DNA from: Fidelibacterota bacterium
Lineage (GTDB): Bacteria; Fidelibacterota; UBA2242; JAFGTP01
Direction of reading: 5' to 3'
Assembly (NCBI GenBank): GCA_016934035.1
Contig: JAFGTP010000069.1
Span: 6,073 to 70,072, forward strand
DNA length: 64,000 nucleotides
Within the stretch, counting starts at the first letter, position 1, and the number at the start of each line of letters is the position of its first letter. Position numbers and translations under genes: made by a program. Positions 9,541-21,200 of this stretch are shown here, one piece after another. Below the pieces are notes generated by a model. That model was given only the letters and a program-made list of their open reading frames with translations. It had not been told where the DNA came from and made no database searches.

Positions 9541-12500
9541 TTATTTTTTTTTCATCAGATTATCAAAATCCTTTAATATTTGCTGGTATCCATTAAGTAA
9601 TTTCGGCAATTTTTCCATATCAAAATTCTGAGCGCTTTCCATCACTTCATGACTCCACTCAACCAGCAGTCTTGTCTTGAGTGTTTCTCCCAGTTTTTTC
9701 ACATCCCCTGCAAACCGGGCGACTTCATCAAAAAGAAAACTATCCTTGACCTCCAGCCATCTTTTCCGGTATTCACCGGCCAAAGCCGGATATATTTTTC
9801 TGATATCCTCGAGATCCTGTGCTGTCAATTCCAAATTTTCATTGGGAACTTCCGGCACTTTGATTTGAATATCAGCCACTTCATTATAGGGGAGATATTT
9901 CATCATTTCCGTCAATATTTGCGCTTTTGAAACCGGTTTTCTCAAGTATCCGTTGCATCCCAGGGCCATGATCTCATGCTCTTCGGACTTCATGGCTGAG
10001 GCGGTAACAGCAACAATAGGAATGTGACGCAAATCTTCGTCGTTTTTTATAATACGGGTTGCTTCATAACCACTCATGACGGGCATTTTCATATCCATCA
10101 AAACAATATCGGGTTTATAATGCCGGACGAGTTCAACGGCTTCTTTTCCGTTTTCGGCTTCTATAATATTGATTTCTGTTTTATTTAATATTCCTTCCAG
10201 CATTTTTCTGTTTTGCAGAATATCATCAACAATCAGCACCGTCGAACCTGGAAAATAGATTTTTCCCAGCTCTATTTGTTTTGTTTTTTGGGTGGATTCG
10301 ATTTCTATTTCACGAATTTCCTTGAGCAAAATAAAAAAGGTGCTGCCTTTTCCCGGCTCACTTTCAATCCAAATGGAGCCGTTCATTTGTTCAACTATTT
10401 GTTTTGTAATTGCAAGTCCAAGGCCGGTACCGCCATATTTTCCATGGTCCTGGCCTTCCGATTGGGTAAAACTTTTAAATATCTCCTGATGCTGGTCAGC
10501 ACGGATGCCAATTCCCGTGTCGATGACCTGAATTTCGATGGTAAACAGACCCTCTGCATGGTCGTCAACTTTCACCAGAATCTTGATATATCCATCATCG
10601 GTGAATTTGGCTGCATTGCTCACCAGGTTGAAAAGCACCTGTTTTAAGCGTTTTTCATCAAACAGAATTCCTGCGGGCAATGCCGGGTCCATGGTCAGGA
10701 TGAGGTCCACCCCTTTGCTTTTAAGTTTCAAAGAAAAAATCTGCTGTATTTCCTTTATTAACCGGTGTAAACTCATGGGTTTGTGTTGGAGTTCCATCTT
10801 ACCGGCTTCGATTTTCGAAAGGTCCAGAATGTCATTAATCAGGGTCAGTAAAGCCTGGCCGCTGACCATGATGGATTTCAGATATTCCCGGGCAAGATGA
10901 CCTTCAACCAGATCGGAAAGCAACTCAGCAAAACCCAATATAGAATTCATAGGCGTTCGAATTTCGTGACTCATATTGGCCAGAAACTCACTTTTGGCAC
11001 GATTGGCCCGCTCGGCTTCTTCCTTGGCGGCTTTGAGCTTTTCTTCGGTCCGTTTGCGTTCGGTGATGTCCTCATAAATCCCTAAAACGGCAATCAGCTG
11101 GTTGTCGACAATGACCGGACTGGCATTGAGGGATATCCAGATTTGGGTTCCGTCTTTCTTCTTGCGCAGGACTTCCCGTCGGACAATTTCACCACTGTAA
11201 ACTTTTTTATTGATTTCTTCGCCTTCCACCAACATATTCGGAGCAATGATCAAATCATCGATTCTTCTGCCAAAAGCTTCTTCTATAGAATAGCCAAAGA
11301 GCCGTTCAAACTCAGGATTGATTTCAATAATTTTTTCTTCAAGGTTGAGAGTAACAATGGCCGTGGCGGAGCTTTTATAGAGGGCTTCAAAAAATTCTTT
11401 TTGTTTCCGGAAATTTTCTTCAACAATTTTCAGGTTGGTAATATCCAGAGAAAAACCCATGGTTCCCTGGACTTTTCCATCTTTGTCATAAAAGGGCATT
11501 TTGGAAGTTGAGGCCCAGCGAAAAGAACCATCCGGAAAAACTTCCTTGTTTTCATGCAACAATAAAGGTTTTTCAGTCCTGATGATTTCCTGTTCCTGGT
11601 CGAACCATTTTTGAGCGACCGTTGCATCAAAAAGATCAAAATCCGTGAGTCCCAATAATTGCGATGCATTTTCCAATTTAAATTTTTTGGCGTGTATCTG
11701 ATTGGTTCGAATAAAGCGCCCTTCCAGATCTTTAAAATATATGGCATCTGGAAAATTATCCATCAACGTATCAAAAAGATACCGTTCATAGGCCAGTTCT
11801 TTTTCCTGTTTGCGCCGTTCCGTAATATCGATGATATTGGCAATGGTTTGTCTGCCGCCTTCATGGTTCAGATTGCTGGTAAAGACCTCCACCGGGAATA
11901 TCGTCCCATCTTTCTTTTTGTAGAAGGAATAGGTCCTGAACTGATCATTTTCCGGGTTCGTGGCGATCCCTTTTTGCATATTGACATCGAATTCGGAGAT
12001 TTTTCTGCTTACCAGTTCATCATGATCATATTGCAACAGTTCACAGGCTTTTTTATTGACATGAATAATCGTGTCATTCTGGTCGAAAACAATAATCGCA
12101 TTGGGAGAATTTTCAATATAGGCCCTCTGCCGGGCTTCAGATTCCCGAATTCTCATTTCAATGGATTTTCTCAATGTAATATCGCGGCCGATCATCAGAA
12201 TCATTTTTTTATTGTTTTTCTGATTAAACATCGTTGATGAGACTTCAAAGTCTACCAGACGCCCGTCTGCCGTGATCAACTTTGTTTCATAGAAAAAATT
12301 TCTGGAAATACCGGTTTTTCTTTGTTGCATTCTTTCGATGTTGCTTTTATGATGGTCCAGGGGTACATAATCCAGAATATTTTTTCCGATTACTGATTCT
12401 TTTTCATAGCCCAGCATCTCCTGTACGACATTATTAGTATAGATAATGGTACCACTGATATCAATGATTAAAATGACATCCTGGGCTGTTTCTGCCAGCA

Positions 12501-14028
12501 GTCTGTATCTTTCTTCACTATCCTCCAGAGCCATTTCATTGGCTTTTTCCCGGGTAAAGTCACGAAAAGTGCCCTGCACGCCGGGTTCGCCGTTTTCCAG
12601 GGTAATCCGTGCACAACTGGAATTGATCCAGCGAATTTCACCCTCCCGGGTGAGAAGGCGAAAATCAAAGCTTTCATTTTTCCCCTGGAGTATTTTTTTA
12701 TATTTTAATTTCAAAAAATCAGTATCCTGTTCATAACTGATATTGAAAAAATTCTCACCAATCAGTCTGGGATAAATTTCTATATCCACTTTCTCATCAA
12801 ATATTCTGGCGGATTCTCCTAAGGATTTACTGGCAAAAATAAAATTTCCCTTTTGATCTGCCCGCCAGACCACCTCACTGAGGTTTTCGATTAATTTCTG
12901 AAATTTTTCCTTACTACTGGTGATCAGGGCTTCTTTTTTCAAAGAATCGGTAATATCCCTGTTGACTGACAATGTCAGTTTTCTCCCGCCCTGATAGACA
13001 TAGTTCATCATAACTTCAGTCCAATACCTGCTACCATCCTTTCGAATTTTCTGTTCAATAAACCGAATAGTCTCTCCTTTTTCCATTTTTTCCAGGTCAA
13101 TATTTTTATGCGGGTCCGAAACCGCCATATCTTTCGTGATGCTGAGATGGCTCAATTCTTCTTTTGAATAACCGGTTTGTTTGGTGGCGGCGTAATTGGC
13201 GTCAAGGATTTCATGGGTGTCCGGGCAGGTCAGAAAAATCGCATCCGGAAGATTTTCAAATAAATGTTTAAAGGATTGTTCCGCCCTGATTTTGTCTGTA
13301 ATATCAATTAAAGAAATGACAATTTCATTACTTTCAGAAATCAGGTTTCCTGTCAAAAGCACCCGCTTTATGTTACCTTTTGCAGAGATGAAGTCAAACT
13401 CGTATTGCTCCGGCACATTAGAGTCTCTGCTGAGCCGGGCAAAATAATTATTTCTGACCATATCCTGGTATTTTGGGGCCACAAACTGGAAAATATTATC
13501 GCAATCCAGGAGTTCCTGTTCCGAAATTTCCGTCAATTCCAGCATTCTCTCATTGGCCATGATAATCCGGGCATTCGCATCCATGATAAAAGTGGCTGTC
13601 CCCGTACTGTGAAAAATATTTTTATATCGGGCTTCTGATCTTTTGAGTTCCTGCTCCATTTCATGTTTAAAAAAGGCCATTTCCAGCGTAGCCCGAATGT
13701 CATCATTGGACACCGGTTTGTACAAATAACCGTAAGGTTTGGCCTCCAGGGCCTCTCGAATCAAAGATTGTTCGGAATGGGAAGTTAGAAATACAACAGG
13801 CAGATTATAATTTTCACCAATGATATAGGCGATTTCGATGCCGCTGATCTGATCAGATATACTGATGGAAACCAGTACAAGATTGACCTTGCCTTCATTT
13901 AAATATTTGAGTGTTTCCCTGCTGTTGGTTGCTATGCCGGCAACTTCATAACCCATATCTTTTAAAGTAAGCAGGAGATCATTGGCTATAATCAGTTCAT
14001 CTTCAACTATCAGTATTCGTTTCTGCAC
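9541..14028 (-). CDS. Hybrid sensor histidine kinase (REC - multiple PAS/PAC - HisKA - HATPase_c - REC - C-terminal helical tail)
   Basis: 1495 aa. It has an N-terminal REC-like domain, repeated PAS-type segments, an H-box (NMSHEIRTPMNSILGF), G-boxes (DTGIGI, GGTGLGLAI) and a second REC (VLIVDD...DIVLMDMKMPVMSGYE). Confidence 0.9.
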   Translation of the reverse strand: MQKRILIVEDELIIANDLLLTLKDMGYEVAGIATNSRETLKYLNEGKVNLVLVSISISDQISGIEIAYIIGENYNLPVVFLTSHSEQSLIREALEAKPYGYLYKPVSNDDIRATLEMAFFKHEMEQELKRSEARYKNIFHSTGTATFIMDANARIIMANERMLELTEISEQELLDCDNIFQFVAPKYQDMVRNNYFARLSRDSNVPEQYEFDFISAKGNIKRVLLTGNLISESNEIVISLIDITDKIRAEQSFKHLFENLPDAIFLTCPDTHEILDANYAATKQTGYSKEELSHLSITKDMAVSDPHKNIDLEKMEKGETIRFIEQKIRKDGSRYWTEVMMNYVYQGGRKLTLSVNRDITDSLKKEALITSSKEKFQKLIENLSEVVWRADQKGNFIFASKSLGESARIFDEKVDIEIYPRLIGENFFNISYEQDTDFLKLKYKKILQGKNESFDFRLLTREGEIRWINSSCARITLENGEPGVQGTFRDFTREKANEMALEDSEERYRLLAETAQDVILIIDISGTIIYTNNVVQEMLGYEKESVIGKNILDYVPLDHHKSNIERMQQRKTGISRNFFYETKLITADGRLVDFEVSSTMFNQKNNKKMILMIGRDITLRKSIEMRIRESEARQRAYIENSPNAIIVFDQNDTIIHVNKKACELLQYDHDELVSRKISEFDVNMQKGIATNPENDQFRTYSFYKKKDGTIFPVEVFTSNLNHEGGRQTIANIIDITERRKQEKELAYERYLFDTLMDNFPDAIYFKDLEGRFIRTNQIHAKKFKLENASQLLGLTDFDLFDATVAQKWFDQEQEIIRTEKPLLLHENKEVFPDGSFRWASTSKMPFYDKDGKVQGTMGFSLDITNLKIVEENFRKQKEFFEALYKSSATAIVTLNLEEKIIEINPEFERLFGYSIEEAFGRRIDDLIIAPNMLVEGEEINKKVYSGEIVRREVLRKKKDGTQIWISLNASPVIVDNQLIAVLGIYEDITERKRTEEKLKAAKEEAERANRAKSEFLANMSHEIRTPMNSILGFAELLSDLVEGHLAREYLKSIMVSGQALLTLINDILDLSKIEAGKMELQHKPMSLHRLIKEIQQIFSLKLKSKGVDLILTMDPALPAGILFDEKRLKQVLFNLVSNAAKFTDDGYIKILVKVDDHAEGLFTIEIQVIDTGIGIRADQHQEIFKSFTQSEGQDHGKYGGTGLGLAITKQIVEQMNGSIWIESEPGKGSTFFILLKEIREIEIESTQKTKQIELGKIYFPGSTVLIVDDILQNRKMLEGILNKTEINIIEAENGKEAVELVRHYKPDIVLMDMKMPVMSGYEATRIIKNDEDLRHIPIVAVTASAMKSEEHEIMALGCNGYLRKPVSKAQILTEMMKYLPYNEVADIQIKVPEVPNENLELTAQDLEDIRKIYPALAGEYRKRWLEVKDSFLFDEVARFAGDVKKLGETLKTRLLVEWSHEVMESAQNFDMEKLPKLLNGYQQILKDFDNLMKKK

Positions 14029-14557
14029 TATTGTCCTTTGAAGGTTTAAATTTGTCGATAATAAGTTTAATAATCATTATCGGCATGATGATATAAATGA
14101 TTCCGTTGATATACTGGTCACAGATATTGCTCGGCCAGGGAAAAGGTTCAAGGATAAAAAAATCCGTTGCTTTGCCGGTAAATAGAATTTCAAGAACATT
14201 GCCACCGGCACCCACTGTCAGCATTAAGATCACCTTGTAAAGTTTTTTATAAAAGGGGTTTTCTTCCCGAATCATGGATTTGGTGAGGGAATAGAGAAGC
14301 ACAAACAACATCAGCAATCCGAACATAGACCAGAGTTTGTGGTTTTCAATATTTCCAAAAATGTAGTGATACCCCGTATTGTGCGTCAGGTAAAAAGTCA
14401 GCCCTTTCAAAAAAGTTGCCGTTCTTTCCTGAAAATTCAAATAAGCATTAGCAAAATACTTGACAACAAAATCCAGAATCAAAAGAGCCAGCCCCCATCC
14501 GTAGGCAAAGATCAGATGTTTTTTGTTATTGATGATCATTTTCATCCTTTCAATCAA
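14003..14557 (-). CDS. Small polytopic membrane protein, divergent signal peptidase II (LspA)-like
   Basis: 184 aa with 4 predicted TM segments. LTHNTGYHYIFG resembles the LspA N.GAAFG block, and ATDFF...PSNICDQYI resembles the ..D....FN.AD..I block. The resemblance is weak. It overlaps the kinase start by 26 nt. Confidence 0.4.
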   Translation of the reverse strand: MIERMKMIINNKKHLIFAYGWGLALLILDFVVKYFANAYLNFQERTATFLKGLTFYLTHNTGYHYIFGNIENHKLWSMFGLLMLFVLLYSLTKSMIREENPFYKKLYKVILMLTVGAGGNVLEILFTGKATDFFILEPFPWPSNICDQYINGIIYIIMPIMIIKLIIDKFKPSKDNSAETNTDS

Positions 14558-14771
14558 AACTTATTTCTTTTATCAATTATTATACCATCGCTTACATCAC
14601 TCTTGGATTCATAAAAACAATTGACAGCCAAAACAGGCAGCATGAAGCACAAAGAGCAATTTTTTCCGCGACTAATTCTAAATCTCTATACCAAAAACCG
14701 AATATTTTATTAAATTTCATGAAATATAAATAACAATTTTCATAAACCAAAAACCAGAGCAGAAATAAAAT

Positions 14772-17585
14772 ATGGAAAGCAACACAATTAAAATAAAAGG
14801 CGCCCGGGAACACAACCTCAAAAATATCAATGTTGAAATACCCCGCAACCAACTGGTTGTGATCACAGGTGTATCAGGTTCGGGAAAATCCTCTCTGGCC
14901 TTTGATACCATCTATGCCGAAGGGCAGCGCCGGTATGTGGAATCTCTTTCATCCTACGCTCGCCAGTTCCTCGGATTGATGGAAAAGCCCGATGTGGATT
15001 TTATCGAGGGACTATCTCCGGCCATTTCAATTGAGCAAAAATCAACCTCCAGAAACCCTCGCTCAACAGTTGGGACTGTAACGGAAATTTATGATTATCT
15101 GCGCTTGCTCTATGCCCGCATTGGTAAACCTTTTTGTTACAAATGCGGCCGGCCGATTATCAGTCAAACCGTTCAGGAAATCGCCGACTCGATCCTCAAA
15201 TTTCCGGAGAACAGCAAACTGGTCCTGATGGCCCCCCTGGTTCGCGGACGAAAAGGAGAGTACAAAAACATCTATGACGAGATTCGAAAAGAGGGTTTTT
15301 TACGTCTCAGAATCGATGGCGAAATTACCGATGTCGATTCTCCGGTAGAACTGGATAAAAACAAAAAACACAATATCGAAGTGGTTATCGACCGGCTGGT
15401 CATTCGTGAAAGCATTTTCACCCGGCTAACAGAATCAGTGGAACTGGCGCTTAAAATCGGAAGCGGACTGATCATCGCAAAAATCGGAAATGAAGAACAC
15501 TTCTTCAGTGAAAATTACTCGTGCCCCCATTGCGAAATCAGTTTTGAAGAACTCACACCCCGTATGTTTTCTTTTAATTCGCCTTTCGGCGCCTGTCTGG
15601 ATTGTGATGGTTTGGGTTCCAAACTTGAAATGGACGAGTCTCTGATCATCCCCGATGGTTCCAAATCCCTGGCCCAAGGCGCTATTTTGCCTCTGGGTCC
15701 TCAGCCCCGCGGTAAATGGTACGCCTCTATATTGAAAGGCCTGGCAAAAGAATACCAGTTTGATTTTCACACTCCCTATGAAAAACTATCGGACAAAGCC
15801 CAAAAGGCACTCCTTTATGGAACAGAAAAATCCTTTTCTGTAAATTATTCATCCGATAAAATGCAGGGAAAATATACAACGCGCTTTGAAGGGGTGATGA
15901 ACAATTTAAAACGACGTTATACCCAGACCACTTCCCCTGGAATCCGTAAATGGATTGAACGGTTCATGTCCCAGAAGCCCTGTATGACCTGCAACGGCGA
16001 GCGTCTGAGGCCCGAGAGCCGCAGCGTCAAAATCAATGATATAGCCATTGGTGAACTGACCTCCTATTCAATTTCCGATGCCCTGGAGTTTTTTATGACC
16101 CTCAGCCTCAGCCAAACCGAAAAACAAATCGCCAAGCAGATCCTCAAAGAGATAAAAGAACGATTGCATTTTTTAGTCAATGTGGGCGTGGAATACCTGA
16201 CCCTCAACCGTTCCGCCCAGACCCTTTCCGGTGGTGAAGCCCAGCGCATTCGGCTGGCAACCCAGATCGGGTCCCAATTAACCGGTGTATTATACATTCT
16301 GGACGAACCCAGTATCGGCCTTCACCAGAGAGATAACACACGACTGATTCAAACACTTACAAAACTGCGAAATCTTGGCAACACGGTCATTGTTGTAGAA
16401 CATGACCAGGAAACCATCGAAGCAGCAGACCATGTACTGGACATCGGTCCGGCAGCCGGTATTGACGGCGGAAGAGTCATCGCCCAGGGATCACCTAAAG
16501 AAATCGCAAATAATCCGGAATCTCTGACCGGGCAGTACCTCTCCGGAAAAAAATTTATTCCCCTGCCCACCAGCCATCGCAAAGGAAATGGTAAGAAAAT
16601 TAAACTGACCGGGGCAGCCGGCAATAATCTCAAAGATATCGACGTCGTCATTCCATTGGGAAAATTTGTGTGCATCACCGGCGTTTCCGGATCAGGAAAA
16701 AGTTCACTGGTCAATGAAACCCTTTACCCAATTCTGCATAATAAACTGAACCATACCATTAAAACCACATTGAAATACAAAACCATATCCGGCATTGAAT
16801 ATATTGATAAAGTTATTGATATCGACCAGTCACCCATTGGCAGGACACCCCGCTCCAACCCGGCAACCTACACCGGTGTTTTTGATTTTATTCGGGAACT
16901 GTTCGCCTCAACCAAAGATGCCAAAATTCGCGGCTATAAAGCCGGCAGATTTTCCTTTAATGTCAAAGGCGGACGATGTGAAAATTGCGGAGGAGAAGGA
17001 ATCAAAAAAATAGAGATGCACTTCCTGCCCGACGTCTATGTACCCTGTGAAGTTTGCAAAGGGCACCGCTACAATCGCGAAACCCTGGAGATCAAGTTCA
17101 AAGGCAAATCCATATCCGATATTCTGGAAATGACGGTCCAGCAGGCCACGGATTTTTTTGATAAACTACCCAAAATTCGGGAAAAACTGGAGACCTTGCA
17201 AAAAGTCGGACTGGGATATATTCAATTGGGACAACAGGCAACTACGCTATCCGGCGGAGAAGCTCAGAGAATCAAACTGGCCACAGAACTCAGTAAAAAA
17301 AATACAGGGAATACTTTATATATCCTGGATGAACCCACAACCGGCCTTCATTTTGAAGATATCAAACTGTTGCTAAGTGTTTTAAACGACCTCGCTGACA
17401 AGGGAAACACCATTTTGGTCATCGAACACAACCTGGATATTATCAAATCCGCAGACCATATTATTGATCTTGGTCCCGAGGGAGGCAACAGAGGTGGACA
17501 GGTTCTGGTCACCGGTACCCCCGAACATGTCGCAAAAACCGCAAATTCCTACACCGGCCAATATTTGAAAAAAATATTCCACTGA
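14772..17585 (+). CDS. uvrA: Excinuclease ABC subunit A
   Basis: 937 aa. It has two ABC ATPase modules ([28 protein letters not shown]), LSGGEAQRI signatures and zinc-finger CxxC pairs. Confidence 0.97.
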   Translation: MESNTIKIKGAREHNLKNINVEIPRNQLVVITGVSGSGKSSLAFDTIYAEGQRRYVESLSSYARQFLGLMEKPDVDFIEGLSPAISIEQKSTSRNPRSTVGTVTEIYDYLRLLYARIGKPFCYKCGRPIISQTVQEIADSILKFPENSKLVLMAPLVRGRKGEYKNIYDEIRKEGFLRLRIDGEITDVDSPVELDKNKKHNIEVVIDRLVIRESIFTRLTESVELALKIGSGLIIAKIGNEEHFFSENYSCPHCEISFEELTPRMFSFNSPFGACLDCDGLGSKLEMDESLIIPDGSKSLAQGAILPLGPQPRGKWYASILKGLAKEYQFDFHTPYEKLSDKAQKALLYGTEKSFSVNYSSDKMQGKYTTRFEGVMNNLKRRYTQTTSPGIRKWIERFMSQKPCMTCNGERLRPESRSVKINDIAIGELTSYSISDALEFFMTLSLSQTEKQIAKQILKEIKERLHFLVNVGVEYLTLNRSAQTLSGGEAQRIRLATQIGSQLTGVLYILDEPSIGLHQRDNTRLIQTLTKLRNLGNTVIVVEHDQETIEAADHVLDIGPAAGIDGGRVIAQGSPKEIANNPESLTGQYLSGKKFIPLPTSHRKGNGKKIKLTGAAGNNLKDIDVVIPLGKFVCITGVSGSGKSSLVNETLYPILHNKLNHTIKTTLKYKTISGIEYIDKVIDIDQSPIGRTPRSNPATYTGVFDFIRELFASTKDAKIRGYKAGRFSFNVKGGRCENCGGEGIKKIEMHFLPDVYVPCEVCKGHRYNRETLEIKFKGKSISDILEMTVQQATDFFDKLPKIREKLETLQKVGLGYIQLGQQATTLSGGEAQRIKLATELSKKNTGNTLYILDEPTTGLHFEDIKLLLSVLNDLADKGNTILVIEHNLDIIKSADHIIDLGPEGGNRGGQVLVTGTPEHVAKTANSYTGQYLKKIFH

Positions 17586-17910
17586 TTTTGAATCGGCTTT
17601 TTTGTCATATTTTTAAAATGTTCAAACTATGAGAAATATAATAACAAACAGCCGGTATAATAGTATCCAAATAGATGATTTCAGCCCATTTTTGTCCCCT
17701 CTAAGGTCAGAGGTGAAAAATTTCTTCAAATAAAACAACAGAAATATCTTATTGTTAAAACAATTAGTTAAAAACAAGATTAAGAGGAGCAACAATTTTT
17801 TTTTATTTTTCCCCAAAATTAAAACTTGACATTTGAATTCCTGTCAATTAACATTATTACAACATTGTTCAATTATTATGGTTAATACGTACTTTTAAAG
17901 GAGGTAAAAT

Positions 17911-18141
17911 ATGGCAGAAAAAGTTGCAAAATGTGGTGTAAAGAAAGAAAAAGGTTTTTTATACTACTTGGACAAAAATGGTAATGTTTCTCGTTCAAAA
18001 ATGGCTCGCGGAGGAGAAAAAGGCGGTGGCGCTGAAGTCGTTTCCCAAACTGGCGTAAAAAGAGAAAAAGGGTTTCTCTATTTCATCGATAAAGACGGTG
18101 ATGTATCCAGAGCAAAAATGGCCAGAGGACGTAAAAAATAA
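17911..18141 (+). CDS. Small basic protein built from two tandem ~29-aa repeats
   Basis: 76 aa. Repeat 1 is KCGVKKEKGFLYYLDKNGNVSRSKMARGG and repeat 2 is QTGVKREKGFLYFIDKDGDVSRAKMARGR. A strong SD (GGAGG at 17900-17904) lies 6 nt before the ATG, and an intrinsic terminator follows directly downstream. Confidence 0.6.
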   Translation: MAEKVAKCGVKKEKGFLYYLDKNGNVSRSKMARGGEKGGGAEVVSQTGVKREKGFLYFIDKDGDVSRAKMARGRKK

Positions 18142-18167
18142 TTTTATGTTCTTTCCAATCGAAAATT

Positions 18168-18196
18168 AAAGACCCCTAACTAACGGGGTCTTTTTT
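18168..18196 (+). terminator. Rho-independent terminator after the small repeat protein gene
   Basis: The sequence is aaagacccc-taactaac-ggggtcttt followed by a T-run (18191-18196). Confidence 0.65.
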
Positions 18197-18214
18197 AATT
18201 ATGAGCATTATGTC

Positions 18215-21200
18215 ATGGAATTTGAAAAATTAAAAAAAAATGACCTGCTTTTCATTTCAATATCCTTTGTAATTTTCCTGATATCACTTATTTTTTCCCT
18301 CAAAACCCATAAAATTGCTTTTCCGGGACAATCCATAACCTTTGAATTATCCCGCGAAGAAGCCCTCCAAAAAGCGGATTCTCTGATGACACATTTAGGG
18401 ATTCATCCTGTCAGGTTTCAACACCATGCAATCACTTTTAGTTATCCTGAGAAAACAAAAATTTTTATCGAAAAAGAGTTGGGAATTAAAAAGTCACACA
18501 CTTTTTTTTCCAAAACCTTTAATATCTGGCAATGGTCAGTCCGTTTTTTTAACGACCTGGAAAAAGAAGAAGTCTTTATTAACTATACCACCTCCAAGGA
18601 ACTAAGGTATTTTGAACACACTCTGCCGGAGGAACAGGCTGTCAATTCTGTCTCCGATGAAAGGGCCGAACAATTGGCGCGAAATTTCATCGCCAGTTAT
18701 ACCCTTAACGATCTCGAAAAATGGCAACTGAAAGATAAATCAACAGAATCCAAAAAAGCCCGAGTGGACTATAGTTTTACATTCAAAAAAAATAATGTTG
18801 AGATTTACGGGGCCCATTTTGAAATAGAAATTGTCATTAAAGGCAACAAGGTCGGGCATTACCGGGAATATCTGAAACTGCCGGAATTCTGGGAACGAAA
18901 TTATCAGAAATTGAGATCACAAAATGAAATCACCTCTCTGATTGCTATGGTTGGTCTAATCCTGCTGGGTATCAGTTCCGCCGGCTTTTTTATATTTTTT
19001 GCAATTAAGCACCAGATCAATTTAAAAACAGGAATCATTTTTGGAACCATCACATTCAGTATTTACATGATTTCCCAACTCAATACGCTTCCGCTCTCAT
19101 TATACTGGTATTCGACGGAAAAAAGCCTGAGTAATTTCTATACAGATATCCTGATCAGCGATATTTTTAGTGCGCTTCTCTACAGTATTGCCGTATTTTT
19201 TCTGGCTTCCTCGGGTGACGCTCTTTATCATTCGGTTTTCCCACAAAAAATTTCTCTCCTTTCCTCCTTTTCCCGGCAGGGTATGAAAACCAAAGAGTTT
19301 TTTTTCGGCAGCGTGACCGGTTTTACAGCAGCTTTTCTTTTTATCGCCTTTCAGATCATCTTTTACTGGTTGGCTGAAAAATTCGGAGCCTGGTCACCGG
19401 CCCAGGTTACTTACAGTGAAATACTCAACACACGATTTCCCTGGATTTATATTCTCTTTGCGGGCTTTATCCCTGCTGTGACTGAAGAATTCTGCTTTCG
19501 CTTCTACGGAATACCGCTATTTAAAAAATTTACCCATTCCAAAGTCTTTGCTATTTTGATAACAGCCCTGGTATGGGGTTTTGCACATTCAAATTATCCC
19601 AATCAGCCATTTTGGATACGCGGACTGGAAGTCAGTTTATTTGGAATTGCGACGGGATATATTTTAATTCGTTTTGGTATTGCGGCCACGCTGATATGGC
19701 ATTATACGGTCGATGCCTTTCTGACTTTTTTAATGTTTTGCAAAACGGGAAAAACATCTATTATCCTCTCCTCTGCCATCGCCGCTTCCATTGCCTTATT
19801 TTTTATTATTTACACGCTGTTTTTTTATTTTAAAAATAAAGGATTTTTGATAAAACCTCATATTGAAGGGCCAAAACAGGAAACCCCTGAAAACTTCGAA
19901 ACAGAGGAATTGCTGGAAACAATTCCCCATGTTTCCAATGCTGTTCCACCTTATTCAAAGCACCAGGTTTTCATGACTCTGCTGATCACGCTGGTCTTTT
20001 TTTCAGCCTTATTTATTCCACTTAAAAAACCTGGCAACTACATTAAATATCAAGTCCCGGAACAGGATGTTCTTGCTACCGCAAAGGCTTTTTTAAACCA
20101 TCAGGGGTTCGATCCGGAACGATTTCGAACATCCATGGATATTATCACCGATTGTAATTCAAACTGTCTCAAATATATAATAGACCACACTTCGATTGAT
20201 TCCGCAAACTTCATAGCGTCCAATTACCTTCCAAATCTTGTGTCCTACAAGGTCCGCTTTTTCAATGAAAATGAAAAAGAGGAATTTCATGTTTATGTCC
20301 ATCCCATGGATAATGAAGTAACCGGCTTTAATCATGTTCTTGAAGAAACCGCCATGTCTTACAATCTGCCTCAGGAACTGGCCCTGATTCGAGTCGAACA
20401 ATTCATCGCCGAACAGGATTTTGATCTGGCGGATTTTGACCGGGTCGAGTCCTATTCCGAAACCCTGCCTCATCGCACGGACCACACTTATATTTATGAA
20501 AGCAAGCCCGGCTATGCCGCCAATATAGCCGATGGTCGGTTAAGAGTCTCGATAACCGTCAAAGGCGATGAACTGGGATCATTCCAGCGGTGGTACAAAA
20601 TCCCGGAAAAATGGGAAATCGACCAAAATAAAGAATCCAATTTAGATTCTATTCGTAAAATTCTTCAATTTTTCCTGCTTCCCGTTCTTTTTTTGCTTTT
20701 GCTTTTAAAATATAAACATCATTTTAATTTTAATTGCATACCCTGGAAAGTTCTGATTATCATCACATCCGGTCTGTTTATAATTTTATTTGCAAGCAAT
20801 CTCCTGAATATTAAACACCAGATGATTTATTACAACACCACCTGGAGTATAAAAAATTTCATCCTTTCGGTAATATTAAGCAATTTGTTGACTGCTTTCT
20901 TCAACTCGCTTCTCCTGTTTCTGATTCTACTGCTGGGTTTTGCATTTTACGGAAGCAATGATATTATCAAAGACTTAAAACAGAGCCAATCTTCCGGCTT
21001 TGACATTTTGCTCTCTTCCCTGGTATCAGCCCTGGGACTGATTGCCATTTTCGTTCTTCAGGCTTATTTCAAAGGAATATTTCCTCAGACCATGGCCCAA
21101 CCGACCCTATTTATTCCCGACTTTCTGGTTGAAGATTTTTTTCTTCTGAAAATATTGATCAAAATCTTCCTGTTCAGCATTCTGGCAGCCATACTCACCT

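Noticed and set aside
14714-14725. 12-bp perfect palindrome ATTTCATGAAAT about 50 bp upstream of uvrA, considered as a possible SOS/LexA-type operator.
   Set aside because: It does not resemble any LexA box I know. It lies in very AT-rich DNA, where short AT palindromes arise by chance, and no second copy is seen in the window.
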